Part shown: piece by piece, positions 12,301 through 24,779 of the stretch | How positions within the stretch are numbered: position 1 is the stretch's first letter | How the letters are laid out: every line of letters begins with the position of its first letter | Assembly: GCA_013239625.1 (NCBI GenBank) | Contig: MU053487.1 | Span: 1,445,058 to 1,507,057 of the forward strand | Direction: 5' to 3' | DNA: 62,000 nt | Source of the DNA: Lama guanicoe | Taxonomy: Eukaryota | Notes under the pieces: generated by a model | Databases searched by the model: none | What the model was told of the DNA's origin: nothing | What the model saw: the letters and a program-made list of their open reading frames with translations, nothing else | Made by a program: the position numbers and the translations under genes

Positions 12301-13799
12301 ATTTTAATCATTGAATATCATATATATTTGAAGTATGATTGCTGATGTGAGCCCTTCCAGATCTAGCACGAGGCTTGACGTTGATATTTTCCAGGCCACC
12401 CTGGAGCACATTACTGTAGAAATGTAGCTTTTTCGATTGAGTCCTCAGAAGATTAAAAAAAATAATTCAAAGGCTGAAGGGACTGATCTACAGGGTGAGA
12501 TTAAAGGAGGACATACAGTTCATCGTTGTGTTAGGCAGTGCTTGATGGAGGGTCAAGGCTGCAAAGACAGATTTCAAAGGGGTAAATAGCGAAGATGAGG
12601 AAGAATTATTTCAGCTGAAACAAAAAGAAATAAGTAAGACCACGGAAAATGAAAAGTATCTGGATACCAGAAAATGATCAAAGTTCTCTTATTTGGAGTC
12701 TTTCAAGCTAACATGAAAACGCCTAGATTTTTCCATCTTTACTCCATTTTATCATTTAGGTGGTCTCCAAAGACTAACATATATTTCCTGATATTGCTCT
12801 TCCTCCCACCCACCCCCATATTAGATAGATGCCTATACTGAATTGATATCTTATCTAAGTTCAAGCATTCATGGGAGAAAATCATCACAAAATATATATT
12901 TTTTAAGGTACCCAATTGTTTTCCACTTGCCTTTTCTTTTTTCCCTTACCTACCATGAACTTTTCATTTCATAGTTTCCTGGGGGAATGCTTCTGTGAGT
13001 GTACAAGTGGAACTAATTGAAAAGATCAAATTTAATAGAATTTAAACTTAGTGAAGGAGGAGATAAGTTTAGTTGCTGTAGTATCAGGGGAGGCATGACA
13101 AAACCAAGTGAGATCCGAGAAACTAAACTGCTCTGTAAATGCTATCAAGGCAGATGACTGTTTTCATTTAACTTGAAATAAGATAGAAGTAATTCAGTAT
13201 AATTTGTGATATTTTTTTCCATCCAAAGGGGCACACATCAGTATTTTTTCCTGGTGAAGAAATTTGATCCAAAGTGGGAAGAAAAATATTAAATTATTCT
13301 CTTTCTGGGGGAAAAAAACCCCACGAGACTACACTTTCTTAAGAATCAATAAATAGTTGGCATTTCCCTAGATCAAGGCAATAGTTTATGTGATCTTCTT
13401 TAAAAGGATCAACCATAAGCAGAACCGTGGCACTGAGCTGGTTTGTCTCCAGCATCACTTCAAACATACCCTAAGTCGGTCTGAGCCTTGTGCTTCTCTT
13501 TTCACATTTCTGGGAGTAACTTAGATTTCTCCTTTGGCTACATCTCACTGGGCAAGGGCCTGCCGACAGTAATGCATAGTGATGAGGTCTTGCTGTACGG
13601 ATTAGAACAGTCCCATGTGTATTCTGTTTTTCCAGGAATACTAGGAATTTTGATACTTAACCCAGTGGGTTCCTCCTCCAACTCCCATTACACTAAAGTC
13701 CTCATGTTTTGGTTGTTTTGATCCTAGCATCTTCATTGCCATCAAAATTAGCCATTCTGTGACTCATTCCATCTGGGAACTGTCACCTTCTAATCTGTA

Positions 13800-13925
13800 G
13801 GGGTTTCATCTTTAATCGCAGTGTTGCCAATAACTAGCTGTGAATTCTTGCATCAGTTAACCGCCCTCTCTGACTCCGTTTCCTCTTGTGTCTAATAAGA
13901 CAGGATGATCTCAGGCCTTGTGTCA
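13800..13925 (+). mobile_element. MIR/MIR3 SINE
   Basis: taactagctgtgaattcttg...ctctctgactccgtttcctc...gatgatctcaggcc. Confidence 0.65.
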
Positions 13926-13938
13926 CATGACTTTAAAC

Positions 13939-14130
13939 CAGGATTTCTCAACTTCAGCACCATTAGCACTATTAGCATTTCGGGCTGGATCATTCTTTGT
14001 TGTAACACCCCCGATCTCTACACAGTACGTGCCAGTAGCAAACAGCTCCTCTCCACAGACATCAAAAATGTCTCTAGACATTGCCAAATATTTTCTGGGG
14101 GGTAAAATCACTCACAGTTGAGAGCCACCA
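13939..14130 (-). mobile_element. MER20 (hAT-Charlie MITE), internally deleted
   Basis: Termini caggatttctcaac / gttgagagccac; aaaaatgtctctagacattgccaaat diagnostic segment. Confidence 0.9.
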
Positions 14131-15699
14131 TTCTAACTCAGTATTAAGGAAAGCATTTCATCTTACAAAATGCTAACGTAGGCTTCATGCAATCGACTTG
14201 AGAAGCTGACGTAAAATATGAATTGCATATTTAGGACAATTCCGTTTTCCCCTTACTATTCCTGCAATATAGTAGAGGCTGTCTCTTCCTTTTCTGCCCT
14301 GTTTAAATGCTGCTTCTGCATCACCAGAGGTGGTCTGATCAAGGCTCCCCAGACAGCATCTGCCCTGAGCCAGCCAGTGTCCCCCAGCTGGTGCTGCCAC
14401 ATCAGTGACAGTCTCCTTTTGTGGTTGTGAGCAGGCCACCCTGCTGTGGTGTGAGTCTTTGTGACAGCTGGCCGTGCTCCCTTCTGCCTGAAATTCTACC
14501 TGCAAATCAATCCTGCCCCACACTCAAAGAGGTTCCTGGTTTCCTTTTGGTGGTTACCCCTCCGTGAGAATGGGTGACCGTGAAGGGGAGTCACATCGGT
14601 GAAGAACTGTTTCTCCACCTGGACTGTGTCTGAGAGCTGCCATGCTGCTGGGTCCTCTCAGTGTCTGCATCTCTCCACTGTGCTAGTTGGAAAAACTATG
14701 AATTATAATCAGTCCATGTGCAGCCTAATGCTATGAAATGCATATTTTAATATCCACGTCTTATCTTTACATGCAGTTTTGGTAATTTAATTCAGTGGAT
14801 GCTCTGTGAGGTGAACATTAAAAATTATCCATAACCATATTTGATATATTTTCTAATAATAACCATCTATTACATCTATCAATATGTGTTGAAGACATAA
14901 TAAAAGCTTTATTTCCATTTTGCCACAGTGTCAACCTTTTGTACTTTTGAAGTCATTGTTTATTTTCTTTGCAGAACACTTTAAGAGGGATTTTTTTTTC
15001 ATTTGCATCATTGGGGGCAAAATTGTGTCATAAATATAGTTTCTGGAAATGTGATGTGAACGGATTCGTTCAACGTGACAGTCAGGCCATGAACTATTTC
15101 TGATATGTCGTGCAACTTCTCATATGCACACTAATGTCTCTTAGCTTGATTACAGGATTTAATAAGTCAGAATTGTTTAATGGCTTGCTAGTATTCCAGA
15201 GCCTGCTCCAAGGGCAGGCCAACTGGGACTGGACTGTTATTTCATTATCATTGCGGCCCAGCCCAGCCAGGGCCACGCTGAAACCAAGAAAGACATTTTG
15301 TCATTTACCAGGCACATGATGAGACCCTCTGTCTGAAATATAAGAAGCAGAAGTCTGTATCCAGCCAATCATGTCTGTTGTGAATTCCTTAACCCTACGT
15401 GCAAAGAACTGTGCCCAAGGAATGTACAATCTAGTAAGAGAAGTAGACTAAGCATGAAACACATACAGGGGGAAATGCAGTGACAGTCCACGGTGTACAG
15501 CCCCATCCAGGCCCCGTCCATCCCTAGACGGGATGGTCCACGTAATATTGGAAAATTAACCTTGTCATAAAGAAGGTGACACCAAATAAGATTCATTTTC
15601 AAGCAGCAACAAATGGCTCCATCCTTAAAGTCCAACTAGACTATTTTCCATCTCAACAAAAGGGCACTCAAGTTTTCTTGGCTGCTCTCAGATAACATT

Positions 15700-16349
15700 T
15701 TTAAAAGCATCTTTAGTGAAATATAATTCATGTGCCATAAAATTCACTCATTTGAAATGTACAGTTCAGTGGCCTTTGGCATATTACATTATTAAATTTT
15801 TTAAGCTGTAACAAAATGTTTGTAACAAAAATTGCCATTCTTACCATTTTTAAGTGTACAATTCATTGACATTCATTATATTCAGTATTATTCAGCCATC
15901 ACTTTCGTTTCCAAAACTTCTTCATCACACCAAATAGAAGATCTGTATGCATTAAGTAATAACTCCTCATTTCTCCCTCCTTCCAGTCCCTGAAGGAGGG
16001 GTCTAATCTGTTTTCTGTCTCTTTATTTGGGTATACAGGAATGGATATGGAGATTGTTGTTCTAAGTGAAGTAATCCAGAAAGAGAAAGACAAACACCAT
16101 GTGATATCACTTATATGTGGAATCTAAAAAATGGAATGGAACTGCTGAGTCATATGGCAATTCCACATTTAGTTTAACTTTTTGAGGAACTACTAAATTG
16201 ATTTCCATAGTGGCTGTACCATTTTACACTCCCACCAGCAATGCATGAAGGTTCCAATTTCTCTATATCCTTGTCAACATGTTATTTTTTTATTATGAAC
16301 AGCCTAGTAGATGTGAGGAAGTATCACACTGCAGTTTTGATATGCATTT
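15700..16349 (-). mobile_element. L1MB-like 3' end (older host element), left part
   Basis: aaattcactcatttgaaatgtacagttcagtgg; tggctgtaccattttacactcccaccagcaatgcatg; carries the 93-bp insert at 16039-16131. Confidence 0.85.
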
Positions 16350-16394
16350 ATTTTCTTTCTTGATGTGTGTCATATATATATGTATATATATATA

Positions 16395-18360
16395 TTTTTT
16401 TAATTGAAGTATAGTCAGTTTACAGTGTGTCAGTTTCTGGTGTCATAATGCTTCAGTCACATGTGAACATACATGTATGCATTTTCATATTCTTCATCAC
16501 CATAAGGTACTACAAGATATTGAATATAGTTCCCTGTGCTATACAGTATGAAGTTGTTGTTTATCTATTTTATATATACTAGTTAGTATCTGCAAATCTC
16601 AAACTCCCAGTTTATCCCTTCCTACCCACTTCCCCCCTGGTAACCATAAGTTTGTTTTCTATGTCTGTGAATCTGTTTCTCTTTTGTAAATAAATTCATT
16701 TGTCTTTTTGTTTTTTAGATTCCACATATAAGTGATATCACATGGTGTTTGTCTTTCTCTTTCTGGATTACTTCACTTAGAACAACAATCTCCATGTCCA
16801 TTCATGTTGCTACAGATGACATTATTTTATTCTTTTTTATGCCTGAGTAGTATTCTGTTGTATACTATGAAATACTGACTTCTTTATCCAGTCATCTGTC
16901 AATGGACCTTTAGGTTGTTTTCATGTCTTGGCTATTGTACATAGTGCTGCTATGAACACTGAGGTACATATGTCTTTTCAAATTAAGATTCTCTCTGGAT
17001 ATATGCCCAGGAATGGGATTACTGGATCATACAATAAGTCCATTTTTCAGTCTTTTGAGGACTCTCCATAATGTTTTCCATAACAGCTGCACCAAACTAC
17101 ATTCCCACCAAAAGTGTAGGAAGGTTCCCTTTTTTCCACAGCCTCTCCAGCATTTATTGTTCATGGACTTTTGAATGATGGCCCTTCTGACTGGTGTGAG
17201 GTGATACCTTAGTGTAGTTTTGATTTGCATTTCTCTGATAATTAGCAATATTGAGCATATTTTCATGTGCCTGTTGGCCATTTGTATGTCTTCATTGGAG
17301 AATTGCTTGTTTAGGTCTTCTGCCCATTTTTGGAGTGAGTTGCTTGTTTTTTTATTATTAAGTTGTATGAGCTGTTTAGATATTCTGGAAATTAAGCCCT
17401 TGTCAGTCTCATCTTTTGCAAACATTTTCTCTCATTCTGTAGGTTGTCTTGTTGTTTTGCTTATGGTTTCCTTTGCTGTGCAAAAGCTTATAAGTTTAAT
17501 TAGGTCCCATTTGTTTATTTTTCCTTTTACTTCTATTACCTGGGTAGACTTCCCTAGGAGAACATTGTTAAGATTTATGTCAGATAATGCTTTGCCTATG
17601 TTTTCTTCTGAAAGGTTTACAGTGTCTAGTCTCATATTTAAGTCTTTAAGCCATTTTTAGTTTATTTTTGTGTATGATGTGAGGGAGTATTGTAACTTCA
17701 TTGATTTACATGCAGCTGTCCAGTTATCCCAGCACCATTTGCTGAAGAGACTCTCTTTACATTGTATGTTCTTGCCTCCTTTGTCAACAATTAACTGACC
17801 AAATTTTGTGGGTTTATTTCTTGGCTCTCTGTTCCATTGAGCCATATGTCTGTTTTTGTACCAATACCATGCTATTTTAATTACTGTGGCTCTGTAGTAT
17901 TTATTGTCTGAAGTCTAGGATGGTTACTCCTCCAGCTTCATTCTTTTTCTGCAGTGTTGCTTTGGCAATTCTGGGTCTTTGTGATTCCATATAAATTTTA
18001 GGATTATTTGTTCTAGTTCTGTGCAAAATGTCCTAGGTAATTTGATAGGGATTTCATTAAATCTGTAGATTACTCTGGGTAGTATGACCATTTTAACAAT
18101 ATTAATCCTTCTAATCCAGGAACATGGGATATCTTCCATTTCTTTAAGTCATCTTTGATTTCCTTAATCAATGTTTTGTAGTTCTCTGCATCTAAGTCTT
18201 TCACTTCCTTGGTCAGATTTATTCCTAAGTATTTTATTTATTTATTTATTTGGATGCAGTTTCAAAAGGCATTGTTTCTAGTTGACTAGAAACAACTAGT
18301 TGAACTAGTTGTTTATTGTATTCTGTGATTTTTTTGTATTTCTGTGGTGTTGGTTGTAAT
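16395..18360 (-). mobile_element. Younger L1 (camelid type), about 1.95 kb, 5'-truncated, with ORF2 C-terminus and 3'UTR and a complex 5' junction
   Basis: ORF track peptides are L1 ORF2 ([50 protein letters not shown]); poly-T/TA tail at 16372-16401; nested in the L1MB-like element with a degenerate TSD (ttgatatgcattt / ttaatttgcattt). Confidence 0.95.
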
Positions 18361-18660
18361 TTAATTTGCATTTCTGTAAAGATTAGTGATGTCGAATATC
18401 TTCTTGTATGCTTACCGCTTATGTGTGTACCTTCTCTGGAGAAATGTCTGTTCAAATTCTTTGCCTATTTTTAAAAGAGATTTTGTTTTTGTAGTTGAGT
18501 CATAGGTGTTCTTTATATATTCTGTGTATTAGCCCTTTATCAGAGATATGATTTCCAAATATTTTCTCCTGCTCCATAAGTTGTCATCTCACATTCTTCA
18601 TAATGTACTTTCAAGCACAAAGTTGTTAACTGTGAAGTCCAGTTTATCTTTCTTTTCTAT
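18361..18660 (-). mobile_element. L1MB-like host element, right part
   Basis: Resumes where 16349 stops (tgcatttc...tagtgatgtcgaatatcttc...tctggagaaatgtctgttcaa). Confidence 0.85.
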
Positions 18661-18849
18661 CGAATAACTTTGAATAAATCAGGCATTAAATAGAAGATGT
18701 CATTGGGTACTTGTAGTTTCTACATTTGTTCAGCAACATTATTTTGAGGTTATTCTTCAAACTGCTTACCAAAAACTTCAGGCTTGTGTTAGAGTAACCC
18801 AAAATAATGTCAGGCTTTCCAGCCAGATAATCTAACATTTTTATACTTT

Positions 18850-19150
18850 TCTTTTATGCAGCAAACATTATTTAAGTATACCAATGGCTAAATACTGCAT
18901 TAGACACTAAGAGAAAACAAGAGATAAAAATATTTTCGATATTAGCCCTACTCTGAAGGAACCCACAGATTAGCAGAGGGAATGGATGCATAAAGAACCT
19001 CTCAAAAAGGAAAAAATGCTACCATTGACACGTTACAAAATACTAAAAGAACAGAAATAAGAAAGTAACGACATAATTAATTCCAATTGTTGGAGGAGGC
19101 AGAGACATGGCATTTAGACAGGATTTTAGGTTTACAAGATGGATGATAGG
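18850..19150 (-). mobile_element. L2 3' end
   Basis: cagcaaacattatttaagtatacc...ccctactctgaaggaacccacagattag. Confidence 0.65.
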
Positions 19151-19638
19151 AAAAGAATATTTACTCTAAAGAGGCAAGCTTGATCCAGGTGTAGATCACT
19201 GCCCAGTTTGCATACTGGTAGCAGCAGTCTGTCTGAAGCCTATCTGTACTCAAAACCTACACTGTTAACAACTGTATTCTGTTGTGCTTGTTACAAGTGA
19301 ACCTTGCCCTCAACCCTATTGCACATCTAAGAAATTGCGAGCAAGGCTACCTGCTCATAGACAGGAGCCTTTGAAGCCCAAGCGAGACGTGGAACTCCTT
19401 TGAGAGAGACCTTAGATGTTATCACTGGCCTGTGAAAACTAATTCTTTTGGAAATATGTGACCACCTAAACCACAATTAAGCAATAAATTAATTCAGAAC
19501 TTTGTACCACAAGTCAGCGTCTCTCCTCTCCCTGTTTCCCTTGGCGCCTGCGTTCTTCACGTGGGTAACGTGTACTTTCTACATTTCACTTAGGGCTCCC
19601 ACCCCGGTAAGTCGCTGTTCTGCTCTGTAAGTTCGCTT

Positions 19639-19659
19639 TACCCCGTCCACGGTGCTGAT
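19639..19659 (-). promoter_or_regulatory. RE1/NRSE-like (REST) motif
   Basis: Minus strand reads ATCAGCACCGTGGACGGGGTA versus consensus TTCAGCACCnnGGACAGCGCC: perfect left core, canonical 2-nt spacer, imperfect right half. Confidence 0.5.
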
Positions 19660-21625
19660 GACACAGCATTAGATTTGCTGTTTGTTGTTTCCATAGCTCT
19701 GCTGGATGTGGGCTCTGCTAGAACAGTCCTTGAAAACTGGTCTGTTGTGTTGTAGGCCTTCAATGCAAATTTGTTTGATAAAGCCATGAACTAAAAATAT
19801 CTCACCGCATTATTAACTGCTGAAGACAGTTGCAGGTCTCTTAGAGTTTTTATGCCTCTGTAGAAACACTTGTAACTTGTTCTCCTTTCTCCCTATTTTT
19901 TTTTTCAAGTCTTCTTATTACCTTCTCATACTTTATGTCTTGGGATTTGATATTTTTTGGCCTTCTGTTGTTAAGTGTCCCTCTTTGCTTAAACATAATG
20001 AAAAGTGGGAGTTTTACAGAGTTTCTTGGACTATCCAGCTCAGGAACCTGGCTCATCTAGAATATGAATTTAGATTTTTAATGATGATTATGGAGTCTTT
20101 TCTCTCTTATGCTCACCAGATACTCCTTTTATATTTTTGGAAATTTGATTCTGAAAAATTCTTCTTCTCTCCTGTCCTTTCATCTTATTAATAAACACTC
20201 ACCTTTTGTTAGTCCAGTATACATTTATTTTTGACAGTAATGTGAAAAGTACTTTGGTTGATGACACTGGTGATTAAAAGGCAAGTAACTGGACATGCAG
20301 ATGCTCTTCATGACCTTACTTTCACATGGGAACCAGATAAAACATTCACAAGCACAGTATGTGATAGAAAATATATATATATAATTCTTGGCCCCAGCCA
20401 GATTATTCTGAAGATATGATCCTGAGGAAGGAAAGTGAGTCACTTGACATGAGATATTTACCAAAAAGAAGAATGACAGAATAGGTGCTCTAGTTCGGGG
20501 AGTGAAAAAGGAGGGGCACTTTCCTTTTTTGCCCTAATCTTTCATATGTCTTCCTTTGTGGAGGCAACTACATTTCCTTGAGCAGACACTGTAGAGAACA
20601 TTTCAAATAGGATAATATCTGTATGCTCATGGCAAAATATATATATATATGTCTATAGTTCACTTCCTGCTCTAGAATTCTTAATTTCATGCTAAATTTC
20701 TACTCTCCTTGTTGCTTCAGTTCACCTGTATTTTCATTGAGCTCAGCCTAACTGTTACTTGAACTTGGGTAATTCAGAACTTCAGTTCAGCTCGTTTCCA
20801 TAATAGCTCACTTCTCCATCTATTCGGGAATCACCCACCAGAACACCTGGAAAGAAGGGTTTCTCCACTTTACTTGCCTGATTCAGAGTCAGTCTTCAGC
20901 TCCATGCTTTGGAAATACTAAAATCAATCCAAGCCATTTCTCCAGCATATACAGTAACATCCAAGGACTGTTCTCAACTGGAATTTCCAGTAAACATAGC
21001 CTGAGTCTTTCAACATTAAAAACAAAACAAAACAACATGACATTTGAATGTTAAAGGCAGAAACCATCTTTTCATTGCTCCTGGGTTTCTTGGTTATCAG
21101 TTTAGGTTTTTTAAAATTCTATACAATCTGCTCCTCAGAAATCAAGGTCCTATTTTCTTCTTGTTATTATGTTTTTTGACACACAAAGCACATCTCAAGT
21201 TTGATTTTTTTTTTCTGCATTTAAAGCCATAGTCCTCTAGTTCAACTTCATTTTCTAGCTGGATCCTGAAAGTGTCAAGAGAATATCTTTTCCAAGAAAC
21301 AGGAATTCCTTAATCTTCCAACTTTTTAAAGAAATATTACATCTTCAGCCTGGAGATTCTTACTTTGTTTGCACAAAGAAATTCAGTTTTATTCCTGTTA
21401 GAGTAACAACTCAGTAAGTTGTTTTTTGTTGTTGCTGAAACCCAAAATTGAATGAATATAGAAAACCTCAGAATTAAATGTTTCTGTCAGAGAACATGTA
21501 ACTGTATCTTGAAACCTTTAGGCTTAGAAAATACTCAGATAATATTTCACTTTGAGAAAACCTACTTTTTAATTCTCACGTTACATTGTAGTTACTTGTT
21601 TTATTTGGAATAAGTTGAAACATAC

Positions 21626-21684
21626 CTTTCAGCGTTTCTGTTGGTTGTATCATAGGTATTCGCTTCAGACGTACTATGTATAAC
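21626..21684 (-). other. Candidate 59-nt exon (function unknown)
   Basis: ttctcctatttatgttacag|GTTATACA...CTGAAAG|gtatgt on the minus strand; sequence-only prediction. Confidence 0.3.
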
Positions 21685-23199
21685 CTGTAACATAAATAGG
21701 AGAATAATTTAACAGAAGGCTGTAGTTCACATTTGGGTTAAGTAGAGTCTAGGAACCTAGGTCTGTCAAGCTACACATCTTTAACAGAGAAAAACAACCT
21801 AACCAAGTATATTTCAAGAAAACAACTAAAGGGGTAGAATAGATGCTTAGAATTCACCGTTATTCCACTTCTTCCCCTTTTCCGCCTTACCTACATCTCC
21901 ACGCTGTTGCTCATGCTTTAACACAGAAATAATGAACTCACCATACTATGTGCAGTTCCTAAATGTGCAGATTTTGCTAGTCTGACATGGCACCGCTCTG
22001 TTTTACCTGAGCCCCAGGCAGCAAGAAGGTTGAAGAGAGAAAGAAGATGCACCCTCAGGTTGAATGGATGGAGCACTCTCATGCCTGAATCTTTGCTATT
22101 ATCTATAACAAATGCAACTTGTGCTCTTCATCCCTAATTCTTCTTTTAAATGAAGCACAATACCAAAGAGCTATTTTTAAAGAACTGTTGCTGGCCAGTT
22201 AGCAACATGTTAAAGGAATCCATCATTTTAAGCATTTCAGAGTGCTGAGTGATGCCCTGTCTTGCCTCTTGAAGCATGGATAATACACAGAATGCTGACG
22301 AGAAACCCTGCCAATCTGGTACCGCCAGATGGTTGGGAGATAGGAATTTATCAGTTGGATTGCTACCTTTACCAAATACATCATACTTCTGCTGGTCATT
22401 TTTCTCCTTATAATATGCCTCATTAAGTGAACATTTTTAAAGATGCTTGGATAAAAGTGTGCATAAGCTGGTCTCTAGGTGTCCTGATTGACTTGCCTCA
22501 GCTTCCCCATGAGTCTGACTTTTGCTTGGGGATTTTCTCAGGTCCTTGGACACTCCACTTCTTTTAGACATGAATAGCACATGTGTGTCCTCTTAGGAAA
22601 AGTTGGGGAATATAAGATTGACTTTGGAACATTAAATTCATCTTCTCATGCAGTGTCATTGAGTTAAACCCTTTGATATCTTTATGCCCCAGATCGGGTA
22701 TAGCTATAAATAGCTGTGGTTAGCTTTTGCATATATGGGATTCAAGAGATTTTGTTAACAGCTAAGTTGAGGTAAGTTGTAAAATTTCAAATAAACTAAA
22801 TGCAATGCAGTCGTACCATATAATTACATTACTATTATTATCCTATTACCAAATAATTAAGTGACATAAAGTGACAGTGGCATAAATTAAAGTTCCTATT
22901 TGTAGCTTAATGTACCACATGCCCTCATTCAGTAAGAGATGGATGAAAGTGAAATTGAACTTTGAAATATTATGGCTATTAGCTTTCATCATGGAATGTG
23001 AAGAGCTGACCATCACACATCCAGCTGAACTAGATGATGAACTTTCTTCTAAATCTAGTTCCACAGCTTTGAATTCAATTTTTCCAAAAATTTGATTTAA
23101 ATAACTGATGAGAATTTTGGACCCCTGATAGCATCAGTTATTTTCCTGGAGCACTAAAGATAAGTCATTAAGGTCAGTTAATGGTGGAGCATCTTGGGA

Positions 23200-23527
23200 T
23201 GAACAACAGTGGGGAGCAGTTGTCAGTCCTAAGTCTGATGGACCTGTAGGGAGAGGGAGTTGGTACAGCACAGAGAACTGTAAGGCTGGGCTCCTGGTGG
23301 GGCATGTGGCCTGTGAGAAGGAGATACACCCAGAGCCAATCCATGACTCAGGAGGAAGAGATCCATGGGGCAGGATACCCAAAACTATTTCTCTTCCTTG
23401 TCCTGATCATCTCTTTGTGCCTCCCACAGACTGGACACATCCTGAAATCAGACAACAAGGACTGAAGTTTTGGGTCAGACGCCCAGGTCACAGAATAGAG
23501 TGGGGACATAGGAATGGTAGAGTAGAT
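23200..23527 (-). mobile_element. ERVL LTR, LTR33-like (resumes about 23769-23800)
   Basis: gcctcccacagactggacacatcctgaaatcagacaacaagg...cacagaatagagtgg...gagtagat resembles the antisense LTR33 5' end. Confidence 0.6.
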
Positions 23528-23768
23528 AATTGCAAGTTGCTAAGAGAGTAAATTCTAAAAGTTACAAAAATTCTAAATTCTAAGAGTTACATCACAAGAA
23601 AAAAATGGTAACTGTATGAGGTGATGGATGCTAACTAAACTTATTATAATAATCACTTTGCAATACATACCTATGTTAAGTAATTATGCCATACACCTTA
23701 AATATATACTGTTGTGTGTCAGTTATATCTCAGTAAAATTGGGAAGAAATAGAAAAGAAGGGAAAAAA
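23528..23768 (+). mobile_element. L1MA-like 3' end inserted in the LTR
   Basis: aagttgctaagagagtaaat...tatatctcagtaaaattgg plus A-rich tail; 7-bp TSD agtagat at 23521-23527 and 23769-23775. Confidence 0.85.
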
Positions 23769-24084
23769 AGTAGATTCTGTGTGGCAGACTATTACCTCGA
23801 CTCAAGGACTGGGCCGATTCATAACAGCAGATGGGGCTGGCATGCTTCCTTCCCCATTGTAGTCATGAAGGTAAATTTTGTCTGATTTACTTATTACTGT
23901 TTATAGAAATTCCATTCATAGAAATGCAAAGCTGACTTCTGTTGTACAGGCCACATATTCTGTAAGCAAAAATAGGGTTACATCAACAGCTTCAAAGTAG
24001 ATTTTTTTATACAACCCACCTAAATATCCATTCTGCAGTATCTCCATATCTGTTGAAGTAGCTCCTACTTTATAATATGTGAGA

Positions 24085-24322
24085 GCTTATCAGGACTAGA
24101 CTGAGTCAAATGCACTCACATCAGAGGTACAATTTTAAAGGGTAGTACAATCTCAGTAATCAAGGTAATTAATGTCTTCATGCAATACCTTAGTGCAGTA
24201 TTTTCAGTTACCAAAAGCAATGCAAAAACCCATAATAAATAATCACAATTTTAAATGAAGGTATAATCCAATTCTGCCCTTAGCAATGTTGCCTCACTTG
24301 CCTTCCCCTAAATCTTGTCCAG
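24085..24322 (+). mobile_element. hAT MITE, MER96-like
   Basis: caggactagactgag...ctcagtaatcaaggtaattaat...atgcaaaaacccat...tgcctcacttgccttcccctaaatcttgtcc; family name from recall. Confidence 0.65.
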
Positions 24323-24779
24323 AGGCACAAATAGCTTTCTTCTTCTTTCCCCCAAACTGCACTGTCATGGCAAAAGTTTATTCTAAGTAAGAAACTAAAA
24401 CACACATGAGACAGGAAGGAGCACAAATAAATACAAGATAGAGAAAGGATAAGATCAATTTTAAAGAAAAGTGACATTAGATTATAGCCTAATAGACAGA
24501 AGATTTATGAACAGCATCCCAGAAAGAGTCAAAGCTGAGTCACAAATGTAGAATCAAAAAAGTTTCAGCAAATGTGAAAAAGAAATCAGACATCAACGAA
24601 TGTAAGAGCAAGGAAAATCTGACAGGAGTATATGCCTATTTGGGGAGTTTTTCCTAAATTATTTTAAGCTAAAAAGTACGCTTTTGTTTCACTCTGTTTT
24701 ATAGAAGTAGGGCATTTTCATTGTTAAAAATTCAAATAATTGAAGAGACATATGATGAAAACTTCAAAAGAAAAAGCAA

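Noticed and set aside
17027..18139. ORFs with recognisable protein motifs
   Set aside because: They are frameshifted pieces of L1 ORF2 in a 5'-truncated copy, not a functional gene. The same applies to ORFs at 31940, 44355-45448 and 57370.
22846..23095. Overlapping 61-aa and 72-aa ORFs in unique-looking sequence
   Set aside because: No recognisable protein family and no convincing flanking splice sites; lengths are within chance expectation.
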